Below, piece by piece: positions 1 to 9,188 of a DNA stretch of 45,473 bases. The notes beneath the pieces were generated by a model that saw only the letters and a list, made by a program, of their open reading frames with translations, was not told the DNA's origin and ran no database searches. Within the stretch, counting starts at the first letter, position 1, and every line of letters starts with the position of its first letter. The stretch is from Bacteroidales bacterium (GTDB taxonomy: Bacteria > Bacteroidota > Bacteroidia > Bacteroidales > UBA7960), in contig JAWLDT010000005.1 of NCBI GenBank assembly GCA_041686485.1, positions 22,052 to 67,524 on the forward strand, in the 5' to 3' direction. The position numbers were made by a program, and so were the translations under genes.

Positions 1-16
1 TCCCGCCTATGCGGGA
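1..16. repeat. REP-like hairpin at window edge
   Basis: TCCCGC-CTAT-GCGGGA perfect 6-bp stem; may continue upstream of the window. Confidence 0.35.
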
Positions 17-169
17 CAGGTGTGGAGTCAAACAAACAACTATCCCGACCTGCTGGTAAGACGCAGAATACGTGTATAACAAAGCAGGTCTGATGATTGT
101 TTGGCTGTTTATTTCTTGCAAATACAGTACAATACGTGGCGTTTGTGTTATACGTTTTGTAAAATGGGG

Positions 170-177
170 TAAATTTG
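170..177 (+). promoter_or_regulatory. Bacteroidota sigma70 -7 element
   Basis: TAAATTTG matches TAnnTTTG, about 45 nt upstream of the permease start. Confidence 0.5.
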
Positions 178-220
178 TGTGTGAAAGTTGAGCGATGACA
201 GATATTCGCACCGTAAAGGC

Positions 221-1015
221 ATGCCGATGTTTACAAACTGGAAAACCAGCCTGATTTTTTTGTTTCTCAGTGGCCTGATCCTCTTATTTATCGTGGCGCC
301 ACTGGCCGGGATGTTTATTCAGACATCGGGTTCCCGGTATGTGGAAACGATTGTCGATCCTGAAGTAGGTCGGAGTATCCGGCTTACTTTGTTCAGTTCT
401 TTGTTGGGTGTGGTGGTTTTCGGTATTGCTGCGATTCCGCTGGCGTATGTGCTGGCAAGGAAACATTTTCCCGGGAAAGGGATCATTAATGGCCTGGTGG
501 ACCTGCCGGTGGTAATACCACATTCGGCTGCCGGTATTGCCATACTGGGCGTTGTTAGCAGGGGCACATGGATTGGTCAGGCCGGGGATGCGGCAGGCAT
601 TCACTTTGTCGGTGGTATGGCTGGCATTGTTGTGGCTATGGCTTTTGTGAGCATTCCTTTTTTGATCAATGCAGCCAGGGATGGTTTCCAAGCGGTTCCG
701 GTAAAGCTTGAAAAGGCTGCGTTAAACCTGGGCGCTTCCCCCTGGCGGGTGTTTTTCACCATATCGCTTCCGCTTGCCAAACGCCAGGTACTAACAGGGC
801 TTACCATGATGTGGGCCAGGGGGCTGAGCGAGTTCGGTGCGGTGGTCATCATCGCGTATCATCCCATGATTACCCCGGTGCTTATCTGGGAAAGGTTTAC
901 TTCTTTCGGGCTGGATTATGCACGGCCGGTGGCCGCTGTGTTTGTGCTGGTCTGCCTGGCTGTATTCACGGGGTTGCGTATTTTGGCCGGTAAAGGCCCG
1001 GTTGCAAGGCATTGA
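221..1015 (+). CDS. Tungstate/molybdate ABC transporter permease (WtpB/ModB type)
   Basis: Hydrophobic protein with LVDLPVVIPHSAAG, EAA loop (LEKAALNLGAS) and WARGLSEFGAV; ATG at 221 or 227 preferred over the TTG at 188. Confidence 0.85.
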   Translation: MPMFTNWKTSLIFLFLSGLILLFIVAPLAGMFIQTSGSRYVETIVDPEVGRSIRLTLFSSLLGVVVFGIAAIPLAYVLARKHFPGKGIINGLVDLPVVIPHSAAGIAILGVVSRGTWIGQAGDAAGIHFVGGMAGIVVAMAFVSIPFLINAARDGFQAVPVKLEKAALNLGASPWRVFFTISLPLAKRQVLTGLTMMWARGLSEFGAVVIIAYHPMITPVLIWERFTSFGLDYARPVAAVFVLVCLAVFTGLRILAGKGPVARH

Positions 1016-1142
1016 CCGGCTTGCTTGCAAGGGCAATAAGGGGTGCTTGTAGCTGGGCGTGCCATTGAAAAAACAATGGTGCTGAAAAAGGAAAACCATG
1101 GCAGCGGATAGAAATGTATAATGTTTACCTAATGGGTTCACT

Positions 1143-2204
1143 ATGTTACGCATTGAAGATATAACCGTCCGGTTTCAGTCGTTTGCCCTGGAGGACATCC
1201 ATCTGGAGGTTGCCCGGCATGATTACCTGGCCTTGCTGGGTGTTTCGGGGGCAGGCAAGACTGTTTTGCTGGAGGTGCTGGCCGGACTTGTGAAACCTGA
1301 AAAAGGAAGGATCCTGGTTCGTGGCCATGACATTACCGGGGACAAGGTGCAACAACGCAAAATCGGCCTGGTTTATCAGGATCAGTCGCTTTTTCCCCAT
1401 CTGAATGTGTTTGACAATATGGCCTATCCACTCAGAAACCATGGTTTAACCAAACAGGTAATTAAGGAAAAAGTGGATGATCTGGCCGGGACAATAGGAG
1501 TGGAGCACTTGCTGAGCAGATACCCGGGTACTCTGTCAGGGGGTGAGGCACAACGGGTAGCGCTGGCCAGGACCCTGGCTGCAGACCCTGATATTCTGTT
1601 ACTGGATGAACCCCTGGCCAACCTTGATGTGAAACTAAAGAGCGACTTGCGTGCTCTTCTGCGAAAGATTCATCGGTCGGGAAAGACGATTATTCATGTC
1701 ACCCATGATTTTATGGAAGCCGCCACACTGGCCAACAAAGTAGCGGTTGTGGAACAGGGCAGGCTTATCCAGCATGGTACGCCTGAAGAGGTCTTTCGCC
1801 ATCCCCGGAACGAATTTGTGGCGCGTTTTAGTGGTATCAGAAACCTGTTTCCTTGCATTGTAGAGCAGGAAGATGCAGATACGGGTTTGTACAAGGCCAT
1901 TGTAAATGACAACATAGCGATTCAGTTTATCGGTGGCAATGGTGAAAAGGAAGGCTATGTGATGGTGCCGCAGGAAGATATTATCATTTCAGAAGAGCCA
2001 TTGGATTCCTCGGCGATCAACCGTTTGCAGGGGGAGATCAGAGAAGCCTATTTGTCCGGCTCGGGTATGGAGCTCGTTGTCGATGCCGGCGTTGAATTTG
2101 TTGTTGCTGTCAGCAGAAAATCGCAGGAAACGATGCAGCTGGTCCCGGGGAAGAAAGTCTGGCTCGGGTTTAAAGCCGCCGCCGTAAAATTCATTAAAGC
2201 ATGA
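1143..2204 (+). CDS. Tungstate/molybdate ABC transporter ATP-binding subunit with C-terminal TOBE domain (WtpC/ModC type)
   Basis: Walker A GVSGAGKT, signature LSGGE, Walker B LLLDEP, H-loop VTHD; TOBE-like tail (SAINRLQGEI...VWLGFKAAAV). Confidence 0.85.
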   Translation: MLRIEDITVRFQSFALEDIHLEVARHDYLALLGVSGAGKTVLLEVLAGLVKPEKGRILVRGHDITGDKVQQRKIGLVYQDQSLFPHLNVFDNMAYPLRNHGLTKQVIKEKVDDLAGTIGVEHLLSRYPGTLSGGEAQRVALARTLAADPDILLLDEPLANLDVKLKSDLRALLRKIHRSGKTIIHVTHDFMEAATLANKVAVVEQGRLIQHGTPEEVFRHPRNEFVARFSGIRNLFPCIVEQEDADTGLYKAIVNDNIAIQFIGGNGEKEGYVMVPQEDIIISEEPLDSSAINRLQGEIREAYLSGSGMELVVDAGVEFVVAVSRKSQETMQLVPGKKVWLGFKAAAVKFIKA

Positions 2205-2424
2205 TTCATTGTATACCATCTGATTCATCATATGCTATCTTCGACAGCTTTTTGGCAGGGAGCGGTGTTAAATCATGAAAATTCAGCAACTTAGGTGACA
2301 GGATCAATTTTTTAAGCAAAACTTTACAAACATATAAAACCAGGTGGTTGTTTACCTGGTATATTTGTATAATGGTATTATATGCATATCGCAAATTTTT
2401 TATTCATCTATTTTGGAAAGCAAT

Positions 2425-3879
2425 ATGAGACACACAAAGCGTTTATTAGTCCTGACTACAATCGTCATGCTCACAGGCATGCAGGCCTGTCAGAGCCCTG
2501 CAGCGGATACGGCCGGGTACGACCTGTCTGAACCAAAGAATATCATCCTGCTGATCAGTGATGGCATGGGTTACAACCACATGCTGGCTACCAATTACTA
2601 TGAACACGGAGAGGCTGAGGCCCAGGTTTATGAGCAGCCCGGCTGGTTAAGGCTAGGCATTTCAACATACAGTGCCGCCCGAATTGATGGTGTTGATACG
2701 GTCTACCACAACGGATATGCTCCCCGAACAGCCTGGGAAGATGCCGCATACCTGCCCGCAGACTATACGGACAGCGGTGCAGCGGGAACCGCATTATCCA
2801 CGGGTGAAAAAGTTTTTAGCGGTTCAATCGGAATAAGCCTGGAAGGTGATACGCTTACTCACATCAGTCAGGCTGCCAAAGCCCTGAACAAGTCGGTGGG
2901 CATCCTTTCCTCTGTTCCCCTTAGTCACGCAACGCCAGCCAGCTTTCTTGCACATAACCATGAAAGAAGCAATTATGAAGAGATCGGGAAACATATGCTG
3001 TTTCACTCACGGGCGGATGTGATCATGGGGGCTGGTCATCCCGGATACAACAATGATGGTGAGCAGGAGGAGATGTCTGCCCGCTACATCGGCAGTGATG
3101 AGCTATGGGAGCAGATCAGGGCCAACGATGGGCGCACGGAGTTTGAGGATAACGGCGATATCCTCTATGTGCAGGATGCCGATGGTGACGGCCATCGCGA
3201 TTCGTGGACATTTATTGATAAGCGGGAAGATTTCACCGCACTTGCAGACGGGCAGGCCCCAAAACGTTTGCTCGGTATCCCACGGGTTCACAACACCCTG
3301 AATCAGGGTCGCACCATGGGCGAAGACGAACGGATGCCGTTTGAGCAATCGTTGAATGAGAATGTTCCTACGCTCGAAGAGATGACCAGGGCCTCCCTGA
3401 ATGTGTTGGAGCAAAATGAGAAAGGCTTTTTTGTGATGATTGAAGGAGGTGCGGTTGACTGGGCCAGCCACGACAATCATTTGGGCCGGATGATCGAAGA
3501 GCAGATGGATTTTAATAGTTCAGTTGATGCTGCCGTTGAGTGGGTGGAGGAAAACAGCAGCTGGGATGAAACCCTGATTATTGTAACCAGTGATCATGAA
3601 TGTGGCTACCTGACCGGGCCAAATCATCCGGAACCGGTGAATGACAAGGTGGTAAACAGGGGGCAGGGCAACTTACCGGAAGCCGTCTGGCATTTTGATA
3701 GTCACACCAACCAGCTTGTTCCTTTTTATGCCAAAGGACCCGGGGTAGAACTGTTTTCTATGTTTGCTGAAGAAAAGGACCCCGTTCGGGGCCCTTTCCT
3801 GCAAAACACTGAAATTGCTCAGGCAATTTTCATGATGTGGGGAAAACCCGACATCGCGGTACATCGCCTGACTGAATAA
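2425..3879 (+). CDS. Alkaline phosphatase (PhoA family), lipoprotein
   Basis: ISDGMG, TDSG (catalytic Ser), SHATPA, IEGGAVDWASH, TSDHE, SHTN metal-ligand motifs; signal peptide with lipobox MQAC from ATG 2425. Confidence 0.9.
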   Translation: MRHTKRLLVLTTIVMLTGMQACQSPAADTAGYDLSEPKNIILLISDGMGYNHMLATNYYEHGEAEAQVYEQPGWLRLGISTYSAARIDGVDTVYHNGYAPRTAWEDAAYLPADYTDSGAAGTALSTGEKVFSGSIGISLEGDTLTHISQAAKALNKSVGILSSVPLSHATPASFLAHNHERSNYEEIGKHMLFHSRADVIMGAGHPGYNNDGEQEEMSARYIGSDELWEQIRANDGRTEFEDNGDILYVQDADGDGHRDSWTFIDKREDFTALADGQAPKRLLGIPRVHNTLNQGRTMGEDERMPFEQSLNENVPTLEEMTRASLNVLEQNEKGFFVMIEGGAVDWASHDNHLGRMIEEQMDFNSSVDAAVEWVEENSSWDETLIIVTSDHECGYLTGPNHPEPVNDKVVNRGQGNLPEAVWHFDSHTNQLVPFYAKGPGVELFSMFAEEKDPVRGPFLQNTEIAQAIFMMWGKPDIAVHRLTE

Positions 3880-3881
3880 GT

Positions 3882-5654
3882 TTAGTTTAGGTTGACATCA
3901 TAAGGCATCCTGGTGAGAATACCGGTCATGTCGCGCGCCTCTTCGATCTGGCGGTAATAGCGATACTGATCTCCAAGGTTTCTTTCCAGGATGTTTTGTT
4001 TGACCCCGCCAAAATCTTCCATGATTTGTGTAAAGAAATCCTTTCTCTTCGGGTATTCGGTGATGCGATAGTCTTCTAAGTCGGCAAGCTCGGCTGCTTT
4101 TTCCATGGCTGCCTCAAGGCCGCCAAATTCGTCAATAAGACCGTTTCGTTTGGCTTCGGTGCCGCTCCAGACCCTGCCGCGTCCAAGCTCATCAACCGTC
4201 GATACCGGAATGTCGCGTCCTTCAGCTACATGTTCGATAAACGTTTCATAGATCCTGCCGATAGACTCCTGGATAATCTCTTGTTCCTCATCTGACAAGG
4301 GTTTGGTGACAGATCCCATATCTGCAAAGCGGTTGGTTTTCACATTGTCAAAGGTAATCCCAAGCTTGTCATCAAAAAACTCCTGCATGTTAGGGATCAT
4401 CCCAAAAACACCGATAGAGCCGGTAATGGTGGAGGGGTTGGCCATGATCCAGTCAGCGCGGCTGGCGATATAATACCCTCCTGAAGCAGCTACATCCCCC
4501 ATGGTTGCCACAACTGGTTTTTCCTGTGAAGCAAGCACCACTTCACGTAAAATGACATCGGATGCAAGTGCATCGCCACCCGGTGAGTTGATTCTGAACA
4601 CAATGGCTTTTACGGTGGTATCTCTTCTGGCTTCCCTGATGGCACCGGCGATACGTTCGGAGCCAATGACACGATCGCTGCCCTGGCCGCTTATGATATT
4701 CCCGGTTGCGTATACTACCGCAAGTTTATTGTTACTCCGTGGCGTGATCAGGCTTTCTGGGATCGGAGCGCGTTTGTAGTCGCTATAAGAAACAAATTCA
4801 ATATCATCATCCGCGTCAAGCTCCAAACGTTCCTTAAGCATGTCCATGATCTCGTCGCGATAGGCAATGCCGTCGATCATATCCCATTCCAGGGCCAATG
4901 TTGCATTCCGGGTATATAATCCGTCGGCTACTTCATTGAGGTGATTAACCGTAAGGCCCCGGGAAGTTGCAATGTCCCCTAAAACATTATTCCAGATGGC
5001 TCCCACGTAGGATCGTACCTGTTCGCGGTTTTCCTCACTCATATCCTCCCGGAAAAATGGCTCTCCCGCACTCTTATACTCTCCGTGACGAATGACCTGG
5101 GGGTCGATACCAAGGCGATCTAACATGTTTTTCAGGAAAAACAGCTCCGAGTTGATCCCGCGGAAATCAATTACGCCCTCCGGGTGCAGGTAGATCTCAT
5201 CAGCCACACTACTTAGGTAGTATGCATTCTGCATATATGTTTCTCCATAGGCTACGATGAACTTGCCTGACTCTTTGAAGGTTTTCAAGGCTTTTCGTAA
5301 TTCATCGATGGTACTCCACCCGGCGGGTATCATACTCATATCCAGATAAATACCTTCTATGTTATCATCTGCTTCGGCTTTTTCCAGGTTATCCAGAAGG
5401 TTGTTCAACCCGATCGGGCGACTTGGTGAGAACGATGCAAAATCAAATGATTCAAAAGGGTTGCCGCCGCCACGGTCCACAATCTCTGTGGTTAAGGTCA
5501 GATGTAACACCGATTTCTCTGCTACATCAACAGTATCTTGTGATGTCCTGCTGGCGATGGATGCAATAATGCCAGTCATGATAAGCAAGATGACCACAAA
5601 AGTGATCAGAAAGCCCAGCATGGACGCAAACATAAATTTAAAAAATTGTCTCAT
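3882..5654 (-). CDS. sppA: Signal peptide peptidase SppA, 67K type
   Basis: N-terminal TM, two S49 domains, GEYKSAGE (Lys), RINSPGG, AASGGY (Ser), TGSIGV. Confidence 0.95.
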   Translation of the reverse strand: MRQFFKFMFASMLGFLITFVVILLIMTGIIASIASRTSQDTVDVAEKSVLHLTLTTEIVDRGGGNPFESFDFASFSPSRPIGLNNLLDNLEKAEADDNIEGIYLDMSMIPAGWSTIDELRKALKTFKESGKFIVAYGETYMQNAYYLSSVADEIYLHPEGVIDFRGINSELFFLKNMLDRLGIDPQVIRHGEYKSAGEPFFREDMSEENREQVRSYVGAIWNNVLGDIATSRGLTVNHLNEVADGLYTRNATLALEWDMIDGIAYRDEIMDMLKERLELDADDDIEFVSYSDYKRAPIPESLITPRSNNKLAVVYATGNIISGQGSDRVIGSERIAGAIREARRDTTVKAIVFRINSPGGDALASDVILREVVLASQEKPVVATMGDVAASGGYYIASRADWIMANPSTITGSIGVFGMIPNMQEFFDDKLGITFDNVKTNRFADMGSVTKPLSDEEQEIIQESIGRIYETFIEHVAEGRDIPVSTVDELGRGRVWSGTEAKRNGLIDEFGGLEAAMEKAAELADLEDYRITEYPKRKDFFTQIMEDFGGVKQNILERNLGDQYRYYRQIEEARDMTGILTRMPYDVNLN

Positions 5655-5813
5655 AATAGCTTTGGTTAAGGTGAATTATTCAAATTACTGGTTAAAGATA
5701 AAAAATATCTTCTATAATTTCTTATTAAGAAATGATATCTTTTGAAGAAATGATATATTTTGTTGAACCGTTTTTTTTACTCAATTTTGTCAGAAGGTTG
5801 ACAGGGAAAAATT

Positions 5814-6305
5814 ATGCAAACAGCTGCTTTATTACTCGGAGGCAATCAGGGCAGGGTTCCGGAACTTTTTAACCATGTTATTGATTTCCTGGAATCGGAG
5901 GGGGTGCAAGTTACGGATAAAAGCGCGCTTTACCTGACCGAACCCTGGGGTATGGAAGCGGAAAACCTGTTTTATAATCAGGCTTTGCTGGTTCGAACAG
6001 ATGCAGATCCAGTTGCTTTGCTCGATCTGCTGTTAAGTATTGAGGCCAGGCTTGGCAGAAAGCGAGGAAATATGCAATATGAGTCACGGCCGATCGACAT
6101 TGATATTTTGTTGTTTAACAAGCTGCTGGTATCCAGATCTGATCTGATTATACCACATCCCCGCATGCACCTTAGGCGGTTCGCGTTGACGCCTTTATCC
6201 GAAATTGCCCCGGACTGGATGCATCCTTTATTTGGAAAAACCATACGCCAGTTGCTTGATGAGTGTCAGGATACACTGAAAGTGCAGAAATCAGAAAACC
6301 AATAA
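5814..6305 (+). CDS. folK: 2-amino-4-hydroxy-6-hydroxymethyldihydropteridine diphosphokinase
   Basis: LLGGNQG, TEPWG, FYNQA, RPIDIDIL, IPHPRMHLRRF motifs. Confidence 0.95.
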   Translation: MQTAALLLGGNQGRVPELFNHVIDFLESEGVQVTDKSALYLTEPWGMEAENLFYNQALLVRTDADPVALLDLLLSIEARLGRKRGNMQYESRPIDIDILLFNKLLVSRSDLIIPHPRMHLRRFALTPLSEIAPDWMHPLFGKTIRQLLDECQDTLKVQKSENQ

Positions 6306-6340
6306 CATGGCTGGAAAGCGCATGGATTAACCTTTATCAG

Positions 6341-6979
6341 ATGAGATATAACTATATTGCCATAGAAGGAAATATCGGTGCGGGGAAAACCTCCCTGGCC
6401 ACCAGGATTGCTCAAAGGTATAACGGGAAGCTGATCCTGGAGCAGTTTGAAGAAAACCCTTTCCTGGTCAAATTTTATCAGGATCCGGAAAAATATGCCT
6501 TTCCGTTGGAATTATCTTTTCTGGCCGACCGTTATCAACAATTAATGCGTGAACTGCCCAACCAGGAATTGTTTTCAGATTTTACCATCTCAGATTATTT
6601 TTTGAATAAATCGCTGATCTTTGCCCGAAAGACGCTCAATGATGATGAATACCAGTTGTTTATTACATTGTTCAACATTATGAATGCCAATTTGCCACGT
6701 CCTGACCTGTTGGTGCATCTGTATGTAACCACGAACCGCCTCCAGCAGAATATCCGGAGTCGCGGCAGGGACTATGAGCAGCAGATCCCGGACGAATATC
6801 TCGAAAAAATTCAGGAAAGCTATTTGAACTACCTGAAACAACAGCCTCAGTTACGTGTTTTGTTGCTTGACATGAATAATGTGGATTTTGTTGCGTATCC
6901 ATCACATCTGGAGCAGGTGCTGGCTATTATAGACCGGGATTATCCTAAAGGACTCACTAGCATAAAACCAGACCTGTGA
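6341..6979 (+). CDS. Deoxynucleoside kinase
   Basis: IAIEGNIGAGKT P-loop, ENPFL, SRGRDYE lid; typical partner of folK; start set to ATG 6341. Confidence 0.92.
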   Translation: MRYNYIAIEGNIGAGKTSLATRIAQRYNGKLILEQFEENPFLVKFYQDPEKYAFPLELSFLADRYQQLMRELPNQELFSDFTISDYFLNKSLIFARKTLNDDEYQLFITLFNIMNANLPRPDLLVHLYVTTNRLQQNIRSRGRDYEQQIPDEYLEKIQESYLNYLKQQPQLRVLLLDMNNVDFVAYPSHLEQVLAIIDRDYPKGLTSIKPDL

Positions 6980-7032
6980 TTGCTTTATAGATAATGCTGC
7001 ACATTCTTTTTTTGATGCATGTTCCTGTATAT

Positions 7033-7071
7033 AAAAAAACCGTCCTGAATCATCTTTCAGGACGGTTTTTT
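7033..7071. terminator. Bidirectional rho-independent terminator
   Basis: A7-CCGTCCTGAA-tcatct-TTCAGGACGG-T6 between convergent genes. Confidence 0.9.
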
Positions 7072-7114
7072 AAAATAATATAAGCTTTTCTCTTTAATTA
7101 AAGCATACTATCTC

Positions 7115-8836
7115 TTATCTGATAATTTCCTGGAATTCGCTTTGCCCGAAGAACTCAATGAATTCTCTGTCACGGCGGGCACATTCAGCCATATCGGAAT
7201 TGATTTCAATGGCGCGGCGCAGGTTGTCATAAAGGTTGGTTACTTCATTATTCCTGGCTGCGATGATTGCTTTCAGGTAGGCAACATCTGCACATTCAGG
7301 GGAACAGTTCAAGGTGTTCACGGCTGCGGATTCATTGCCGGCCATTAGTTGAGCCAGTGCAAGATTATATGTGCAGGTATATTCGGATAATGAAGAAAGT
7401 GCATCCTCATAGTCGCCTTTTTGGATATGTATTACACCGAGGTTATAGTCAACATTGATACCCTGGGCCCTGGCAGAACGGAACAGGGATTCAGCATTTT
7501 CGATATCTTTTTCCCAGGCAGCTGCAACGCCCAGGTTATTTTGAATGTGGCCGTTGCCGGGAGCAAGTTGATTGGCTTTCTCGAGGTCTTGGGCAGCCTG
7601 TTCAACTTCACCAATCTCCAGTAATATAGCTGCGGCGTTGTTAAAGCCTTTATAACTGTTCGGGAAAAGCTCTTTCGCATTCTCGTAAATTTCGAGCCTG
7701 GTCTGCTTGTCTTCGGTTAAGGTTGCCGCAAAGAGCAGTTCTTCTTCTGTGAGTTCGGCAGGGTCCTCAATAGCAAGTTCAGAAAGTTCTTCATAGCTAA
7801 ATTTGGGCTCGTAAGCGTGAACGCTGATTTCGGCACGGCGAAGAGGCTCAAGGAGCTTCTCTACTTCTTCGTAGATAAGTGTCATATCCTTGATTTTTCT
7901 TTCCCTTTCGGCGGGGTCTTCCTGGGTGTTAATTACGTTAGCAATAGCTTGCTTGTCAGGCAGATCAGAGGCATCAAGTTTAGTCATAAAGCCGTCAAAA
8001 TCTTCCCCTTTGGCTTCTACACGGAACTCAGGCATGTCCACTTCCAGGTCTTCGAATACTTCAGTGATATAATCTTCAGCGGTGGCGGCACGGTCTTCTG
8101 ATAGTTCCATGTTAAAGGCTACTTCACCTTCAGGGGAAGCCCAGGCATGTATGTCAACTGCTTTCAGTTCCCAGCCTCTGTCAAGAAATTCTTTCAGGTT
8201 TTCAATGCGCTCCTGTGCTTCATCCTGGCTGTTCAGGTCAAGACGCCAGTTGAGGTTGTGGCGCATATAGGCAAAATAGATGTCAGCCGTTTCGGTTATG
8301 ATTACTTCTTCCTCATATTCATGGGGTGCTATGGAAACAAAATGATCATCCTTAACCCTTTGTGAGGTAACAATGATGCCATCCGCCACTTTTCTTTCAT
8401 TGAGTTCACTGGCATTGTCTTCCCTGCCTTCACGGAACACCCTGCCCTTGATATAGAGTTCTGATGCCATCAATTCGGGTTCAAACCCGATGAGATTGTT
8501 CAGGTCAAATGTGGTTTGACTGTCGCCATCCACCATGTTGCCCTGGGTGGTAGTGTTGGTACCACGCAGCCTGACAGTCTCAAGTTCTTTTTCCCCATCT
8601 TCATACTTTAAAACAGGGGTAAGCTCCATCACTGCATTTCTGTGGAAATAGCCCTCGCTGATAACTCCCTCAACATTGGCCTCAACTTCGCCGCCATGGT
8701 TTTCAAGAGGGTTGGTCTCAGGGGTGTAGCGCACACCTTCATCATAGTTTCGCACCATCCTGTTAACACCACAGCTGGCTAATACACCTGCTGCAAGAAT
8801 AATTACAGCAAAAAGCTTAAAGTTAATTTTTTTCAT
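7115..8836 (-). CDS. TPR-repeat lipoprotein with central OmpA-like motif
   Basis: Lipobox LASC; HAWASPEG...NMELSEDRA OmpA_C-like motif; C-terminal TPR helices (NNLGV, YNLGV, YNLAL). Confidence 0.75.
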   Translation of the reverse strand: MKKINFKLFAVIILAAGVLASCGVNRMVRNYDEGVRYTPETNPLENHGGEVEANVEGVISEGYFHRNAVMELTPVLKYEDGEKELETVRLRGTNTTTQGNMVDGDSQTTFDLNNLIGFEPELMASELYIKGRVFREGREDNASELNERKVADGIIVTSQRVKDDHFVSIAPHEYEEEVIITETADIYFAYMRHNLNWRLDLNSQDEAQERIENLKEFLDRGWELKAVDIHAWASPEGEVAFNMELSEDRAATAEDYITEVFEDLEVDMPEFRVEAKGEDFDGFMTKLDASDLPDKQAIANVINTQEDPAERERKIKDMTLIYEEVEKLLEPLRRAEISVHAYEPKFSYEELSELAIEDPAELTEEELLFAATLTEDKQTRLEIYENAKELFPNSYKGFNNAAAILLEIGEVEQAAQDLEKANQLAPGNGHIQNNLGVAAAWEKDIENAESLFRSARAQGINVDYNLGVIHIQKGDYEDALSSLSEYTCTYNLALAQLMAGNESAAVNTLNCSPECADVAYLKAIIAARNNEVTNLYDNLRRAIEINSDMAECARRDREFIEFFGQSEFQEIIR

Positions 8837-8892
8837 AATGTTCGTTTTGTATTGGTTAATTTTTATGTGGGTTGGTTTTGCTTAGTATGAAT

Positions 8893-8908
8893 CAAAGTTA
8901 CAAATATA
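8893..8908 (-). promoter_or_regulatory. Tandem -7 elements upstream of TPR lipoprotein gene
   Basis: Minus strand reads TATATTTG-TAACTTTG, both TAnnTTTG. Confidence 0.5.
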
Positions 8909-9188
8909 TAAAAAAGTTTCAAACATTTTTCCGGTGTTAATTTTATGGAAGCTTTTCGAAATAAAGACATCCAACCTCCATTATTCATAAAAAATGTGTT
9001 TGTCAATATGTTCAAACATGTGCGGTCAAAAGCGCTGAGAGCAGTGGTATGCAGGAAGAATTGCCGGAACGCTATTTACCCGGTAACCTGGAACCAGGGA
9101 ACAGGCTTTCGTATGTTATAACAAAAAAGCAAAAAGGCCTTAGCAGGCAGGATGTGTTGACCCCACCTACCTCCGCCAACTGAAAATA

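Noticed and set aside
70-155. ModE-type operator upstream of the oxyanion transporter
   Set aside because: GTATAAC/GTTATAC half-sites are about 65 nt apart, which does not fit the compact ModE palindrome
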